Shown: positions 1 to 12,200 of the stretch, in pieces | Layout: every line of letters begins with the position of its first letter | Numbering within the stretch: position 1 is the stretch's first letter | NCBI GenBank assembly: GCA_918797485.1 | Contig: CAKKNE010000001.1 | Location: forward strand, 2,294,001-2,358,000 | Length of the DNA stretch: 64,000 nt | From: Pelagomonas calceolata | Taxonomy: Eukaryota | Direction: 5' to 3' | The notes under the pieces: generated by a model | Databases searched by the model: none | What the model was told of the DNA's origin: nothing | What the model saw: only the letters and a program-made list of their open reading frames with translations | Position numbers and translations under genes: made by a program

Positions 1-1
1 C

Positions 2-61
2 AAGCGGAAGCTGACGAACTTGCAGGTGGCCGTGGCTGAAGTTGCCGCGGAGCAGGCTTGA
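2..61 (+). CDS. Possible 3' end of an upstream gene (KRKLTNLQVAVAEVAAEQA*), truncated by the window edge
   Basis: Open frame from base 2 to TGA at 59-61 with coding-like codons, followed by a T-rich stretch. Too short to identify. Confidence 0.3.
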   Translation, partial: KRKLTNLQVAVAEVAAEQA

Positions 62-499
62 GGACTAAGTTTACTTTAGAGATCCCCGGCGCGTCCACCC
101 GCGCGTCCGCCCGACACGCAGGCCCGGGCTTTGCCCGAGACACCTCAACGGTGACCAGACGCCTCGCTGGCGTCGACGCATCCTTCACTCGGGCAGGCGG
201 CTTAGCGGTTCAGCACAAGGCTGATGCAGAGCTGATCGTAATCGACGCTGAGTTAGCGCGTCGTACGCGCTGCAATTGTGCAGCGAGACAAGCGGAGGCA
301 TCTCTCTACTACTAAAGGAATCGCAAGGGCAAACGCCATCGACGCGTGCTGCAGTGGTTGCGTAAAACAGCAGCTGTGCTGGTAGCAAGCGCAGCAAGCG
401 AGCAACATGATGCGCGCATCTCTTCGCCGCATCAGCACAACGCGCCCGCAAGCGCGCCCGAGCAGCGCCTGGGCGCGGCCACAAAGGCCACACACGGCC

Positions 500-2853
500 A
501 TGGCCGCGGGCGCCGCCGGCTTCGTGGCGGGCGCGCTAGGCGCGCACCAGCTCGCGCGGAGCGACGCCGTCGTGTCCTTCGACGACATGGACCGGCACAC
601 GAAGGCCGAGAAAAGCAAAAAACTGAAAACGAAGCAGGAGCACCCGACGCACTCCGCGTTGGATGGCGGGCGCGTGACCGTCGAGGTCGACGAAGAAGAC
701 CTGGACTTGATGACTCTAGACGAAGTAGAGGCATCTAGAGCGACATTGGCCCATGACGGCGGCGATGGGCAACTCTTGTGCACGTACGACGGTATTGTGT
801 ATGACGTCACTTCCTTTGCGGATGCCCACCCCGGTGGAAGGGAACTACTCTTGACGGCGTCGGGCATGGACCTGAAGCACTTTTTCGAGAATTACACGGT
901 ACATGGTCATAGTGATAAGGCGGCCAATTGGTTGTCGCCGCTGGCCGTCGGGAAGTTGACTCCTGAGGATGCGCTCGAGGCCCAGAGAAGATCCACTCCC
1001 GAAAATCATGTCAGGAGGAGACTCGCTCGATTACGAGCAAGTCGTAGGAGACTGTTAGCTATCGCTTGCTCGCTACCAGCGGCTATCGCCGTGCGCAAGT
1101 TCATCTCGTTTGTCGGGAATTATGTCTCGTCGAGTGTCGCGAAGTGGCTCGCGCGACGTATACCCTTTTTAACCGTACCTGGTTATTCAAAAGGCGCGGA
1201 GCCCCTACCGCAAGGGACGAAGCGGGGCACCGTCGCCGTCGTCGGTGGAGGCATCGCGGGCTGCGGCGCGGCGTGGATGCTCGCGCGCGACGGCTTCGAC
1301 GTAGTGTTGTACGAGGCGCGGCCCGCGACGTCGGGCAACGCTCGCACGTTCGACTGGGTCGACGACGTGCGATCCCGGCGTCCCGTTCTACGCCATCGAC
1401 GCGACTCGAGAGACTGGGATGCTCCGCGCAGGTCTGGCGGAAGACGTCTACCACAAACGTCGACGAGGAGGGCCGCGTCAAGTCCTGCGTGTCCGTCACG
1501 GCTTGGCCGTCGCTGCTCTACAAGAACTACACGGCGCTCCTCAAACACTTGAACGTCGAAACTTGTGCCATGCCCCTCTCGTGGTTTTTGAATTCCAAGG
1601 TGCCGGGCTACGAGGGGACCCTGTGGGGCGCCGACCCGAACTCTGACAATGAATTCAACACGCTGCGAGATGTGTTTCGGGACGACTTCCGAGCTTATGA
1701 AAGAGCAGAATACTTCGCAAGAAGATGTACTGATTTTTTCTGCCTGGCCTGGGCGCCGTGGAAGCGAGGCGATTCGAGGAGCATGTACACGAACCACACG
1801 GGGTTGGGGCTGTTGAACCCCCTGAACGTCGTTCCTCTCTACACAGTTTTTAGGGCCTTTGGCGGGACGGACGCGTGGTGGGACATCGTCTTTACGCCCT
1901 ACTATACGGCTTCTTTCCTAGTGGACGAGTTGCGGCCGTTTCCGGCGGTCTTTGGACCTATTATTGAAGCCCAAATTCCATTAAATCCGACGCCGGAGAA
2001 TTCCTGGCATGGCGCGTCTGATAGGGCGGAGCGGGATTGCGTCCTTACGACGTGTGTGACCTGGAAGGACGCCGGCGCGGGCATCCGAGGCGTGTTTGCG
2101 AAATTAGTGGAAGGTGTGGACGTCCGAGTGGACACGCGCGTGTTGCAGGTGCAATTACTTGAAGATGGAAGACATAAGGTAGTGGACGAGCACGACGACG
2201 CTATAATTGCTGATAGAGTGATCTTCGCCTGTCCCTCGGCTGCGGCAGCCACCATGATCAAGAAGCCCCGCACTTATTTGGAGAACGCGATTCTCTCGAC
2301 GGTCGTCTACGCGGACGACCACCACCCGGCCACGGGCCACATGCACGCCGTCATGCACTCCGATTCGTCGGTTGTGGACGAGAAATATAGAGCAGAGTTT
2401 CTGAGGCGAGGTAGCAATTACGTCGAAGTCACTCAGTTACAAGACAAGTCTATTAATATAGAGAACCAGTACAACTTCGGGGTCCAGACGCCGGGGCCCG
2501 GTGTTGCTGGACTCGAGTTGGACGAGAAGCCGGTCATGCTCATCTCGCATGCGTTGGGCGAGGGGAAAAAAATTGACTCGGCGCTCGTGCGCGGCGGCGG
2601 GAACCACTCGAGGGCGCATCCCCTGTATTCGGGGTGGAACGTCATGGCCCAATTATCGTTGCGGTTGTGCCAGGGGCGGGACGGCTTGTACTACTGCTCG
2701 AACTGGACGACGCCGGGGAACTGCCACGACATGTCTCTCCTATCAGGTTTCCTTTGCGCGCATGCGATCGGTGCCGAATATCCTTTTCCGGACGAAAGGG
2801 AAGCTCAAAAGGACTTCCACCGGCTGAACGACCTGATGGGGGTGTTCGACTAA
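500..2853 (+). CDS. Cytochrome b5 heme domain fused to an FAD/NAD-binding amine-oxidase-like oxidoreductase; 2 exons (500-1366, 1432-2853), ~762 aa
   Basis: YDVTSFADAHPGG cytochrome b5 motif and Rossmann motif VAVVGGGIAGCGAAW..VVLYEAR in ORF 407. Removing intron 1367-1431 joins FDWVDD|VWRKT into ORF 1066. The start could be 407 or 500. Confidence 0.8.
1367..1431 (+). other. GT-AG intron, 65 nt, containing ACGCCATCGACGCGAC
   Basis: gac|GTGCGA...GCGCAG|gtc restores the frame between the two ORFs; motif at 1390-1405. Confidence 0.85.
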
Positions 2854-3080
2854 CTACTGGTCCGTCGTCGCGCGCGCCTGTGGGTTTGGTGGCCCGGCTT
2901 CGCGCTCCTATTTGTCCTGGGTCGCACCAAGGCACTCCCTGGAGGCTCGTGAGGAGTCGTGCGTGAGATCCGCTGTCCGGTCATCGGCGCGAAGGTCGGA
3001 GCGTCCAGCAGAGCAGGACATTTTTTAACGGAGCGCGAAACGCTAAATCTACGTCGGAATCACCGCTCATCGAAGTCAGT

Positions 3081-3344
3081 ATGAGCGTCTTACTTTCGGG
3101 CTCACGCGCGCTGCGCCTGTCGATCCGCCCTGGCCTGCTGCGAGCTGCCAGTTCCTTCTCCACAGCCACCACACCCTACGAGGAGTCCTGGCACCAGCGC
3201 GAGGCGGCCCTACAGGAACGGCTGGAAGACTACAAGCGTCCGCTGACGCGGGAGGAGGAGGGACTTCGGTTCCAGATCAAGTTTGTCAGCAACCGAGACG
3301 TGAGCGAGCGCGACGACGCGCCCGAGCCGCGAGCGTCGTCGTAG
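3081..3344 (+). CDS. Small, probably mitochondrion-targeted protein; may be only a first exon (donor-like GTGAGC at 3300, no second exon found)
   Basis: Arg/Ser/Leu-rich N-terminus (MSVLLSGSRALRLSIRPGLLRAASSFST) followed by a charged helical segment with coding-type codon usage. Confidence 0.4.
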   Translation: MSVLLSGSRALRLSIRPGLLRAASSFSTATTPYEESWHQREAALQERLEDYKRPLTREEEGLRFQIKFVSNRDVSERDDAPEPRASS

Positions 3345-3664
3345 ACGGTACACGCCGCCGCTGGGACCCACCTTGACACCGCCGCGCGTCGTAGCACGCC
3401 GACTCCGCTTAAGGTCCCGTGTACTGTTAATACCGAATCGCGCCGCGGGCGCGCCGGGGACTCACTCGGTCTTTTTCTCGGCGCCCAGCGCTGTTTGTAG
3501 GGATCTCTAGCCGGGCTGGCTTCGATCCTTGCACAACCGCGAGTGTAATTCTGAGATCAACTATTCGAGCCGCGCGCCAGAGCGGAAATTAAGCTCTGAA
3601 CTTCACTATTCGGGGTCAGTCGGAAACCGTTTTCAGCTTCATCCGCATCGCTAGGGCGCGTAAA

Positions 3665-3701
3665 ACGCGCGCGCGCGCGCGCGCGTACACACGCACACAC
3701 G
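3665..3701. repeat. (CG)10 plus CA-rich alternating purine-pyrimidine tract
   Basis: acgcgcgcgcgcgcgcgcgcgtacacacgcacacacg. Confidence 0.9.
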
Positions 3702-4090
3702 GCGCATATATACGGATTCCTAGTGTGTCGATACGCTAGATCACCAGGTCTTGCGGCTCGCCAAAATACACCAGCGATTAACAGTGCCATCTATCGTCCA
3801 AATAGTCCATCATATCAACTCCAGCCCAGTTTTCATACAAGTTCGACGGAACCGGAGCCGACGGCCCGCGCTCGGAGGGCGGGAGAAGAATTCTACTAGA
3901 CAACTCCCGAGTTTATGTTCGTTTCCATCCGTTTGTTGGTGGTAGAGTCCATTTAGCCCGCATCAGCGCCCACTCATCTATTTTAGATATTCCGTTAGAG
4001 CCGCGCGATTCGTCGATTTCGCGACCCCACGTTTTATGTTAAAACGGCCACCCAGATAAAACCGCGAGTATCAGCGACGCCACCCCCCAG

Positions 4091-4422
4091 ATGGACCATA
4101 ACGCCGTTGTTCTATTCACAATCGACCGACTTGCCCGTTCTCCGCGGACGACGGTACGTTGACGGAGCACCGGAAAGGCCCCAGACCGGTGGTTTGTACA
4201 ATAAATTTGCGTTTGAGGTGCCTCGGGTGTGGGACGGGCCAGATAACCGGCCTGAACGGATACTACATAGGATTTATTGACCGTAATCTCCACGGCGGCT
4301 CGGCCACCCCGAGAGAGCAGGATCTGGCTTAATTCGGCTCAAGACTTGCACCTGCGACCATCAGCCCGTGTACCTTCACCATGGACCATAACGCGATCAT
4401 TTGTTTCATGACCGACTGACTT
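4091..4422 (+). repeat. Imperfect ~42-bp direct repeat pair (4091-4132, 4381-4422) in a non-coding stretch
   Basis: Both copies start ATGGACCATAACGC and end CGAC(C/T)GACTT; 31/42 identical by hand count; spacing 290 bp. Confidence 0.7.
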
Positions 4423-5323
4423 ACGCGAGGTCCAGATCAAGATGTTCACGTCCCGAGCGTGGGCAGCCAAAAGTACCCTTCTTATAATGTAGATGTCATA
4501 TACTTGTAATTGACTATCGCTGGGGTAGTATGGGGTCCAACGAGACCGCTATTACGATTCTTGGGGGCCCTCGGGTAATTGGCGTTTTTGACGGTACGGG
4601 GCGCCATCGGGCCCAAATTATTTACTTTTTTCGGATGTAGATCGGCTCCCGGGCGCCCTCTGGGATGGGTCTGAGGTCGGGTGGTCCCCTGGACCGCATG
4701 TGCCGGCGCTTGGGGCCCTCCAGAGAGCTCTGGATCGAAAACTTGTTGGACTTGTAACCTATATTGAGGCTGAGGACTTGTACTGATATGTATCTACGTT
4801 GGAAGCCGCTGCGCATGCGGCGTAGGCGACTACCCATGTCTATTTCCGACCCTAGGCGACCTCGGGGAGAGCTCAGGACCACGAATCGACAGGATTCCAC
4901 CGACGCGCCCGCCATGGTGGCGTCGTCAATATCGTGAATTAAAAACATTATTTTTTTCGGCCCCCAGGAAGTGTCCCATTGCTCTCTTTGGACCATTAGC
5001 GAACTGAACGATACTCGAACAGCTGCAGGGCGCGTTTGCTCCTTGCATGCTAGTGTCTTTACAGGCCGCTAGCTGCCTCCTCCTCGGAGCCGCCGCAAAA
5101 AGCTGTGTATGCAAGTGAATAGAGCTCGTTCTTCGGTGTCTTGAGCGCTCAGTTGTTCCCAGAAGCTTCAGCTCGAAGGGCTGCAAGCTAGCCGCAGTTT
5201 TCGAGTAGGGATGCCTAGCACTGTAGCCAGTGCAGGGGTGCCTCCTCTGCTGGTCTCTGGTGCAGTGTTGCAGTCGTGCAGGGGTGCTAACCCCCACGCC
5301 ATCCGCCGCGAAGTCAACGCACA

Positions 5324-6145
5324 ATGCGCCACGCAACCACGCTGCTGCGCCGGACGACGAGCACCCACGTCTGGCAAGCCTCCAGCTGCGCCGCGGGCGC
5401 CGACGGCCATCGCTTGCGGGAGTGGGCGTCAAAGCACGCCGACGACGCGCGGGACGTGCTACGACCGCCACCACACGGCACGCGGGCGCCGGACCTGAGT
5501 GGCCTGGACCAGTACCTCCATTCCCGAAATTGGGCGAAAGTAGAAGCGCCCGAGGCGCGCGCTTTGTTATCGCAGGCGCTGACCTACCCGCTCAGTTTGG
5601 CGGCGCACGCCACGACGTTGAATCTCGGCGCCGAGGCGTCGATCGCTATTGTCGGCGCGCGGGCCGAGGCGGCGCTGTCGACGGCCTGGTGGGCCGAGCT
5701 GATCGAGGCTGTCGACAGCGTGCACGACTGGACACTGACGTTCGTGGGCCCCGAGGTCAAACCAGCGCGACCGACGCCGGTTCAGCGGGGCACGAAGAGT
5801 CTGGCCGTAAAAGCGGAGCGGCGCGAACTCACAAAGGCGCACCTCGACGAAGCCGACGCGGTCGTGCTGTTCAACCCCGGCGTCGGCCATCCGAACCTCG
5901 CGGAGGGCTGGGTGCCGGCGCTGGAGGCGATCAGAGCGTCGGGCCGGCCGCTCCTCGTGACGGGCCATTCCGAAATGGATTCGCGTCGGGACCTGACCGC
6001 GCTGGAGGCGCGCTACGGCGCACTACGCTTCGCGGCGCCGCCGTGTCAGAACCCCTTCCGGTCGCGAGTTGTGATCGTCGACCCTGCGGACGCGACTCAT
6101 ATGACGAGTGCGAATGCGTGGGCGTTTGTGGTGGAGGGGTCGTAA
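5324..6145 (+). CDS. MSS51 C-terminal-domain-like protein (273 aa)
   Basis: Motifs LTYPLSL, IVGARAE, FVGPEV, LFNPGVG, LLVTGHS and NPFRS resemble MSS51/ZMYND15 C-terminal domains. Confidence 0.65.
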   Translation: MRHATTLLRRTTSTHVWQASSCAAGADGHRLREWASKHADDARDVLRPPPHGTRAPDLSGLDQYLHSRNWAKVEAPEARALLSQALTYPLSLAAHATTLNLGAEASIAIVGARAEAALSTAWWAELIEAVDSVHDWTLTFVGPEVKPARPTPVQRGTKSLAVKAERRELTKAHLDEADAVVLFNPGVGHPNLAEGWVPALEAIRASGRPLLVTGHSEMDSRRDLTALEARYGALRFAAPPCQNPFRSRVVIVDPADATHMTSANAWAFVVEGS

Positions 6146-6232
6146 AAATGTAGTGTATCAATAGTAGAAGAGCCGAACGTTATTACAAGTCTTGCACACA
6201 ACACAAGCTCTGTTTGGGGGGGGGGGGGGGCG

Positions 6233-9200
6233 TTACCACAAATCCGGATGCAGCTCGCGCACGCGTGAGATGATCCGCGACTTGTGGCCAATGGGGACGC
6301 CTAGCTCGCGCCAGTCCTCGCGCTCGAGATGTGCGATGCAGTCGATGGTGACCATGTTGTCCTCGAAGAGTTGCGCGTACCTCTGCTCGAAGTCGTCGAG
6401 CGACCGGAGCAGCTCGGCCATCGCCCGGTTCTTGGCCGCCTCCGAATCGCCCGGTCCAGGCGGCGGCGGCGGCGGCGGAGGCGGCGGCGGCGGCTGGTTG
6501 CCCCACACAGGCGTCGCGGGCGTCGTTTCCGGCGAAACCACTTGCCGTCGCGTCGGCGGCGGCGTCGGGACCGGCTGGCGCGGCGGCTGCCGAACCGTCG
6601 CCGCGGCGCGCTGTACCAAGGGGAAGGCCCCCGTGACGTCGCGCTTGCAGGTCGGACAAGAGGTGTTGAGGCGATCAAACCACTCCCGGATGCACGAGAG
6701 GCAGAATTGATGCTCCGCCGGACAGTCGACGCGGTGATCGGGCACGCGGTCCATGCACACGGCGCAGGTCTGGTCGTCGTCACCACCGGGCTCGGAGAAC
6801 GAGTCGGTGCCGGCCGCGCACTCGATGATGAAGTATCCGTTGCCGGGTCTTCTCGAGAGCCCTTGCGACGCGAGGAGCTTGGCCGTGAGCCACTGGTAAC
6901 CCTTCTCCGGCTTTCTAAGCTCCGGGTGTGCCTTGAAGAACTTGGGTATGTCACAAGACCGCGCCGTTCGCCCGGGTTGCGTGGCGATCCAGTCCGCAAG
7001 CACCGCCACGATGGCCTCGCGCGACCGCGGCGCGGCCGCCGCAGGCTGCGGCAGCAAAGTCTCCCCGGCCGCGGCGGCGTCCTCGGCCATGAGGCGCCGC
7101 GCGAGCGCTAACGACGCCTCCTCGTTCTCCCGCTCGGCGCGGCGCTGGGCGGCGAGGCGCTCGATGGCGAGGCGCTCGCGCTCCTCCCGCTCGCGAGTCG
7201 CACGCTTCCGCTCCTCGCGCTCGGCTTCGCGCCGCTCCCGCGCCATGCGCTCGACGTCCGCGGTGCGGCGCTCCGCCTCGCGTCGCTGGGCGGCGGCCTC
7301 TCTCTGCAACCGGTAGGCCTCGGCCCGCTGCTGGGCCTCGCGCTCGTGCCGCTCCTTAGCAACGCGGGCCTTTTCCTCGGCGCGCGCCTGGCGTTCGGCC
7401 TTGGCCTGGCGTTCGGCCTCGCGGCGCGCCGCCTCGATTCGCGCGACTTCGGCGCGGCGCTTCTCGGCGGCCACGGCTTCCTCCGCGGCGCGCTGCTTCG
7501 CCGCCTCGGCGCGCCGCTCCGCTTCCTCCTTTTCGCGCTGCTTCCGCCGCGCCGCCAGCTCCCGGGCGCGCCGCTCGGCTTCCTGGGCCTCGGCGCGCTG
7601 CTCTTGCGCAACGATCGCGGCTTGCGCCTGGCGACACTCGCGCGCGGCCCGCCTGGCGTTCGATGCCGCATGGCGCGTGGCGAGGGTCGCCGCCTTGCAG
7701 ACCTCCACAACGCGATCCGCGACTTCGGCGCGCTCCCGTTCCGCGGCGCGCGCGTCGGCGATCAAGCGCGCCGCGCCGTCCGCGTCACGGCACTCGTCGG
7801 CGAGATCGTCCTTCCCGAGTTGCGCTAGAAGATCCGCACACGCGTCGAGCGCGCCGCCCCTAGCGAACGCGCAGGCCGCCGCCAATTGCAGGTCCACGAC
7901 TCGTTCCTCGTCGGCCTCGCGGCGCGCGGCGCGCCGCCACTCGACGCCGCGGCAGAACGACTCAGTCGCCTTGTCGCCCGTCTTCGCGAAGCATAGCGCG
8001 GCCTGGTCCGCGATGGACTCGTCGCCCTCCTTGATGCGCGCCAGCAGCTCGTCGCCGCGCGCGCGCCAGCGGCGGCGGCTCGTCGCGACGCCGAGCCCTT
8101 CGTCGAAATCCTGGCCTTCGTGCCATTTGGCGAAGTCCCGCCTGAGAAGGAGTTCATAGAACGGCTGGCGGCCGTGCGTGTTCGTGTCGATGAAGAACAG
8201 GCGCACGCACGCGCGTGTCACGCCGACGTACGTGCTCTTGAGCTCGGCGACGCGCGCGAGGTCGGCGGAGAGCTGCGGATCCGGCTTCCCGTCGGTCGCG
8301 CCCGCGTCGCCGACCAGGCCCAGGAAGCGCCCGTCCTCCGCGAGGGCCTGCCACCAGCCCGCGTCCGTGTCGCGGAAGGCGTCGAGAATGAAGGCCGTAT
8401 GGAATTCCAGACCCTTCGCTTCGAGCGGCGTGAAGCATAGCGCGCCCGCGAACGATGGCGGCAGGTTCCGCTTCGCCGCTTCATCGGGTACGATGACGCA
8501 CTGCTGCGCACCAAATTCGGACACCTCCTCGCGCGTGCCGTCGCCGAAGACCGCGTCGCCGATGGCCTCCCAGTCCGACCCGCGCAGCAGTCTAACCTTA
8601 AAGTTGCCGCGGAACGGCGCCACCTCGCGCGGGAGCTTGTCGACGTGGCCCTCGAACTGGGAACACAGCGCGGCCACGAAGACGTTGGACACGTCGAGCA
8701 CCTCCTGCGTCGACCGGTAGTTCACCTCGAGCTCGACGACGCGCGGCTCGGACGCGTGCCGCCGGAGGAGGTCAGCGAGCTTGTAGAAGCGGAACCGCGT
8801 CCGCGCGATGGTCTGCGCCGTGTCGCCGCCCCAGAGCGTCGCGTTCGGGTCCGACGCGAGGCGCAGCAGCAGCTCGATCGTCGCGTGCGGGAAATCCTGG
8901 ACCTCGTCGACGATGAGCGCGTCGTAGAGCGGCTTGCGCGCGAGCCGCGCCGCCACATGTAGCACTATATCGAGCGAATCGTGGTGCCCGTCGGCCTTGA
9001 GGGCCTTCTCGTATTGCTCGTAGCGGCCGTAGAAGGCCCGCCGCCCATGACCGTCGAAGGCCGTGTCGCGGCGCGGCAAGGCTTCATACTCAGCGCGCTT
9101 CAGAGGCCGGCCCGCCGCCAGCGCGGCCGACGAGCCCTTCACGACGCTATATATCTCCGCGAGGTCCAGCGTCGCCGATTCGTTGTCCTTCCGCTTCTCC

Positions 9201-12200
9201 TTGTCCTCGTAGGCGTCGACCCAGGGCTTGCCGACGAGCGTCGTGGGGACGGCGGACTTGGCCTTCTTCAGCAGGACGGTCCGGCGGAAGGGCTCGGCCA
9301 GCGTCGCGTCGAGGGCGGCCAGGAGCTGCGCCGTGGTGAAGAACGACGGGCCCGGCGGCAGCGCGGCCACGTCGAGCGACTTGGTCCGCGTCGCGGCCGC
9401 GAGCGGGTGGGCCACTTTCAGATACGCGTCGAACTGGGACTGGAAGGCGTCGCGGAGCCGCGCGCTGCCCGTGACGACAACCATGCGCGGCGGCGGCTTG
9501 CCCGCGCGCATCGCGCGGTCGTAGGCTTCGATAATGACGCGGTAGGCGATCAGGGACTTGCCCGAGCCACCGCGCCCATTCAACACGAGCGGCCGCGGAT
9601 CCTCGAAGAAGCCCGCGACCGCTTGCTGCTCGGGCCCGTCGAGTTCAAACGGCTGACCCGCCGTGCCACGGAACACCTCTACCGCCGCGAGGCGCGACGT
9701 GAGTCTATACCACTTCGCGACACCGGTCTCGGAGTCCGGATCGGGCATGACGTCGCGGCCCCGGAGCGGCGACTGGCCGGCCCGCGCGAATAACTGTGCG
9801 AGCATGCTTTTGAACTGGGCCGGATCGGCGCCGCCGCCGTCAACGGCAAACACGCGGATGACCGTCGACGCCAACCCGTCGACGACGTCGTCGTCCGAGC
9901 TTTGCCAGACGATGCCGCGCGTCAGGTGCACGGCGCGGGTCCCGCCGGCGCGCCCCTTGGCGAGGAAGACACTGGTGTTCGGCGCCTTCCGGAAGAGGCT
10001 CGCCACGTCCTTGAGCGCCTTCAGCGTCGCCGCGCGTTCGGCCGGGGGCAGCTGGAAGAATGAGCCAAACGCCTGGCCGATCAGCTTTACGGGCGTCGAG
10101 TGATCCAGGAACGCGAGGCTCGCGTCCGGCGCCGCGGCGACGACGCCGCCCTTCAGGTCCTCCTCATTCGTCACCGTGGAGGTGAGCGTCTGGCGGATCT
10201 TCGCCGAGGCCACGTCGGTCCGGAGCACCGCGTACTTCGACTCCCGCAGCCGTTCCAAATCGGCCCGCAGCCGCGCGGCCTGGGCCGCCGCCTCGCCTTG
10301 GCGCTCCAGCGCCGCGAGCTCGCCGCGCAGCCGATTGAGCGCTCCTTCGAGTTTCCCTATCCGCTCGCGCTGCTTCTGCACCTTCGTTCCGCCAACGGCC
10401 GCCTGCCACCATCCTTGCAACTGCTTCTTCTCCTCGGCCAGCTCCAGCTCCAGCTTCGTGGCCTCCGCCCCGAGGCGGTCGACCAGCTGCTCGTCGGTCT
10501 CGACGGCGCCGTTGTCGAGGACCTTTGCAGTGAGCACCGTATCAGCGCGTCTCTTAATCGCATCCACCTCGTCGTCCGCCTTCTTCGCGTCGCGGCCCGC
10601 TCTCACGGCCTCGGACCGCGCCGTATCGAGCGCTTCCAGCGCCCGCGACCAGTCCTCCGCGGTTCGCATGCTTTTGTTGCGTTCGGCCCGCTCCTGCCGC
10701 AGCTTCGCGATGTGGGCGTCCATCGCCTCGCGCGCCGCGGACCCCGGCGGGGCGACATCGCGCGGGCTCTCGCCATGCACGTTCGCGAAACGCGGACCGG
10801 GCCGGGCGCCCGCTTCCAGGAGCGCAAGGACCATGGCCTTGTCGTTAGACCGCGCCGCGTAGTGCAGCGCGCACTCCTTGCTCATCGTCAGCGCATTCAC
10901 GTCGGAGCCCCTGGCCACCAACGCTCGAACGGTGTCCGCGTCCCGCGCCACGTGGAGCGGCTCGACGTCGGTGCCGTCGAACTCGAGCGCCAGCGCTAGG
11001 TCCACGGCCAGCGGCGCCTTCACGGGGAGCGACCCCTGTAGAATCGCCTCCGCCTCGCCGGCAACCGCGAGGCACGGTACAGCGGTCACCGCCTCCACAA
11101 CCGCGTTCCAGGCCGACAGCGACACCATAGGCGCGACCGGCTCGTCTTTGGTCTCCTCGAAGTCCTTGGTCTCCTCGACGGCCGCCGTCGCGCGCCCGAG
11201 GAGCGAGCGGACGTAGGCCGACGGGTCGCGGATGCCGCGGAAGTCTAGGGTCGGCAGCGCGGCCGCCATTTCGCGCTGCGTCGACGCGTCCAGGGCCCGG
11301 AGCTCCTTGACGCAACTCCGCGACAGGTCGACGGCGAGGCCGTGAATTGCGTTGACGAGATGCGGCTCCAGCGCAAGAATCAATTCAGCGACAAGACTTT
11401 CATACGGCTTCTCCGTCTCAAAAGCCTGGGCTACGAATTGATCGAGGTCCTTTTTGTCGTCGAGGATGCCCGGCTCGGCGAAGCGGTACGCGAGGTCCTT
11501 CTGCTCGGCCGGCTCCAGCGTCGCGAGGCGCCAGACCGCCGCCGAGGTCAAGGCGAGGCGGTCGGCGACGGGTCGCAGCGCCGGATCCAGAAAGTGCTCG
11601 AGCTCCGACGCCGTCGCGGCGTATCGCTCTTCACCGGCCACGAGAATCATTTCCGCCAAATCGGTGGCGCCCGCGCCGGCGGCGGCGCTGATCTCGAGGC
11701 GGCGAACCAGCCGCACCCGTTCTTCTGGCCCAAGGGCGCGCAGCTTCTCCGCGGCCTCGCCGTCGACGCCGGTCGCCCGCAGGAACTCGTCAGTACCCTG
11801 CCGGGATTCGTCTTCCGACGGCGGCGGGTCGTAGGCCGACGGGCGCCGCGCCCGCGGTGGCAGCGGCGGCGGCGCAGTTCTGGGCTGGACCTCGGCGAGC
11901 ACGAGCGCGATCGTCTCCGCGGCGTTGGCCGCCGCCGCCGCGCGCGTCCCGGTCGTCCAGTGAGCCACGGGTGCGTAGACCAGTAAGTCCAAAGCGTTCA
12001 GGCCCGAGGCCGCGCGGCGCCACGGCGAAGCGCCGCGCCGCAGGAGGTTCGCGCAGCACATCAGGCGTGACGCCTGCGGCGCGGACACCGCAGCGAGGTG
12101 GAGTGCGGTCTGGCCCGCGGCGGTCGGGAAATCGACGCCCTTCGTCGCGGCGTCCAGCACGACGTCGAGGGTTGAGACGTCGCCGCGCATCGCCGCGTAG

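Noticed and set aside
3405..4995. piggyBac-like element starting at TTAA near 3409
   Set aside because: I found no matching terminal inverted repeat or second TTAA boundary.
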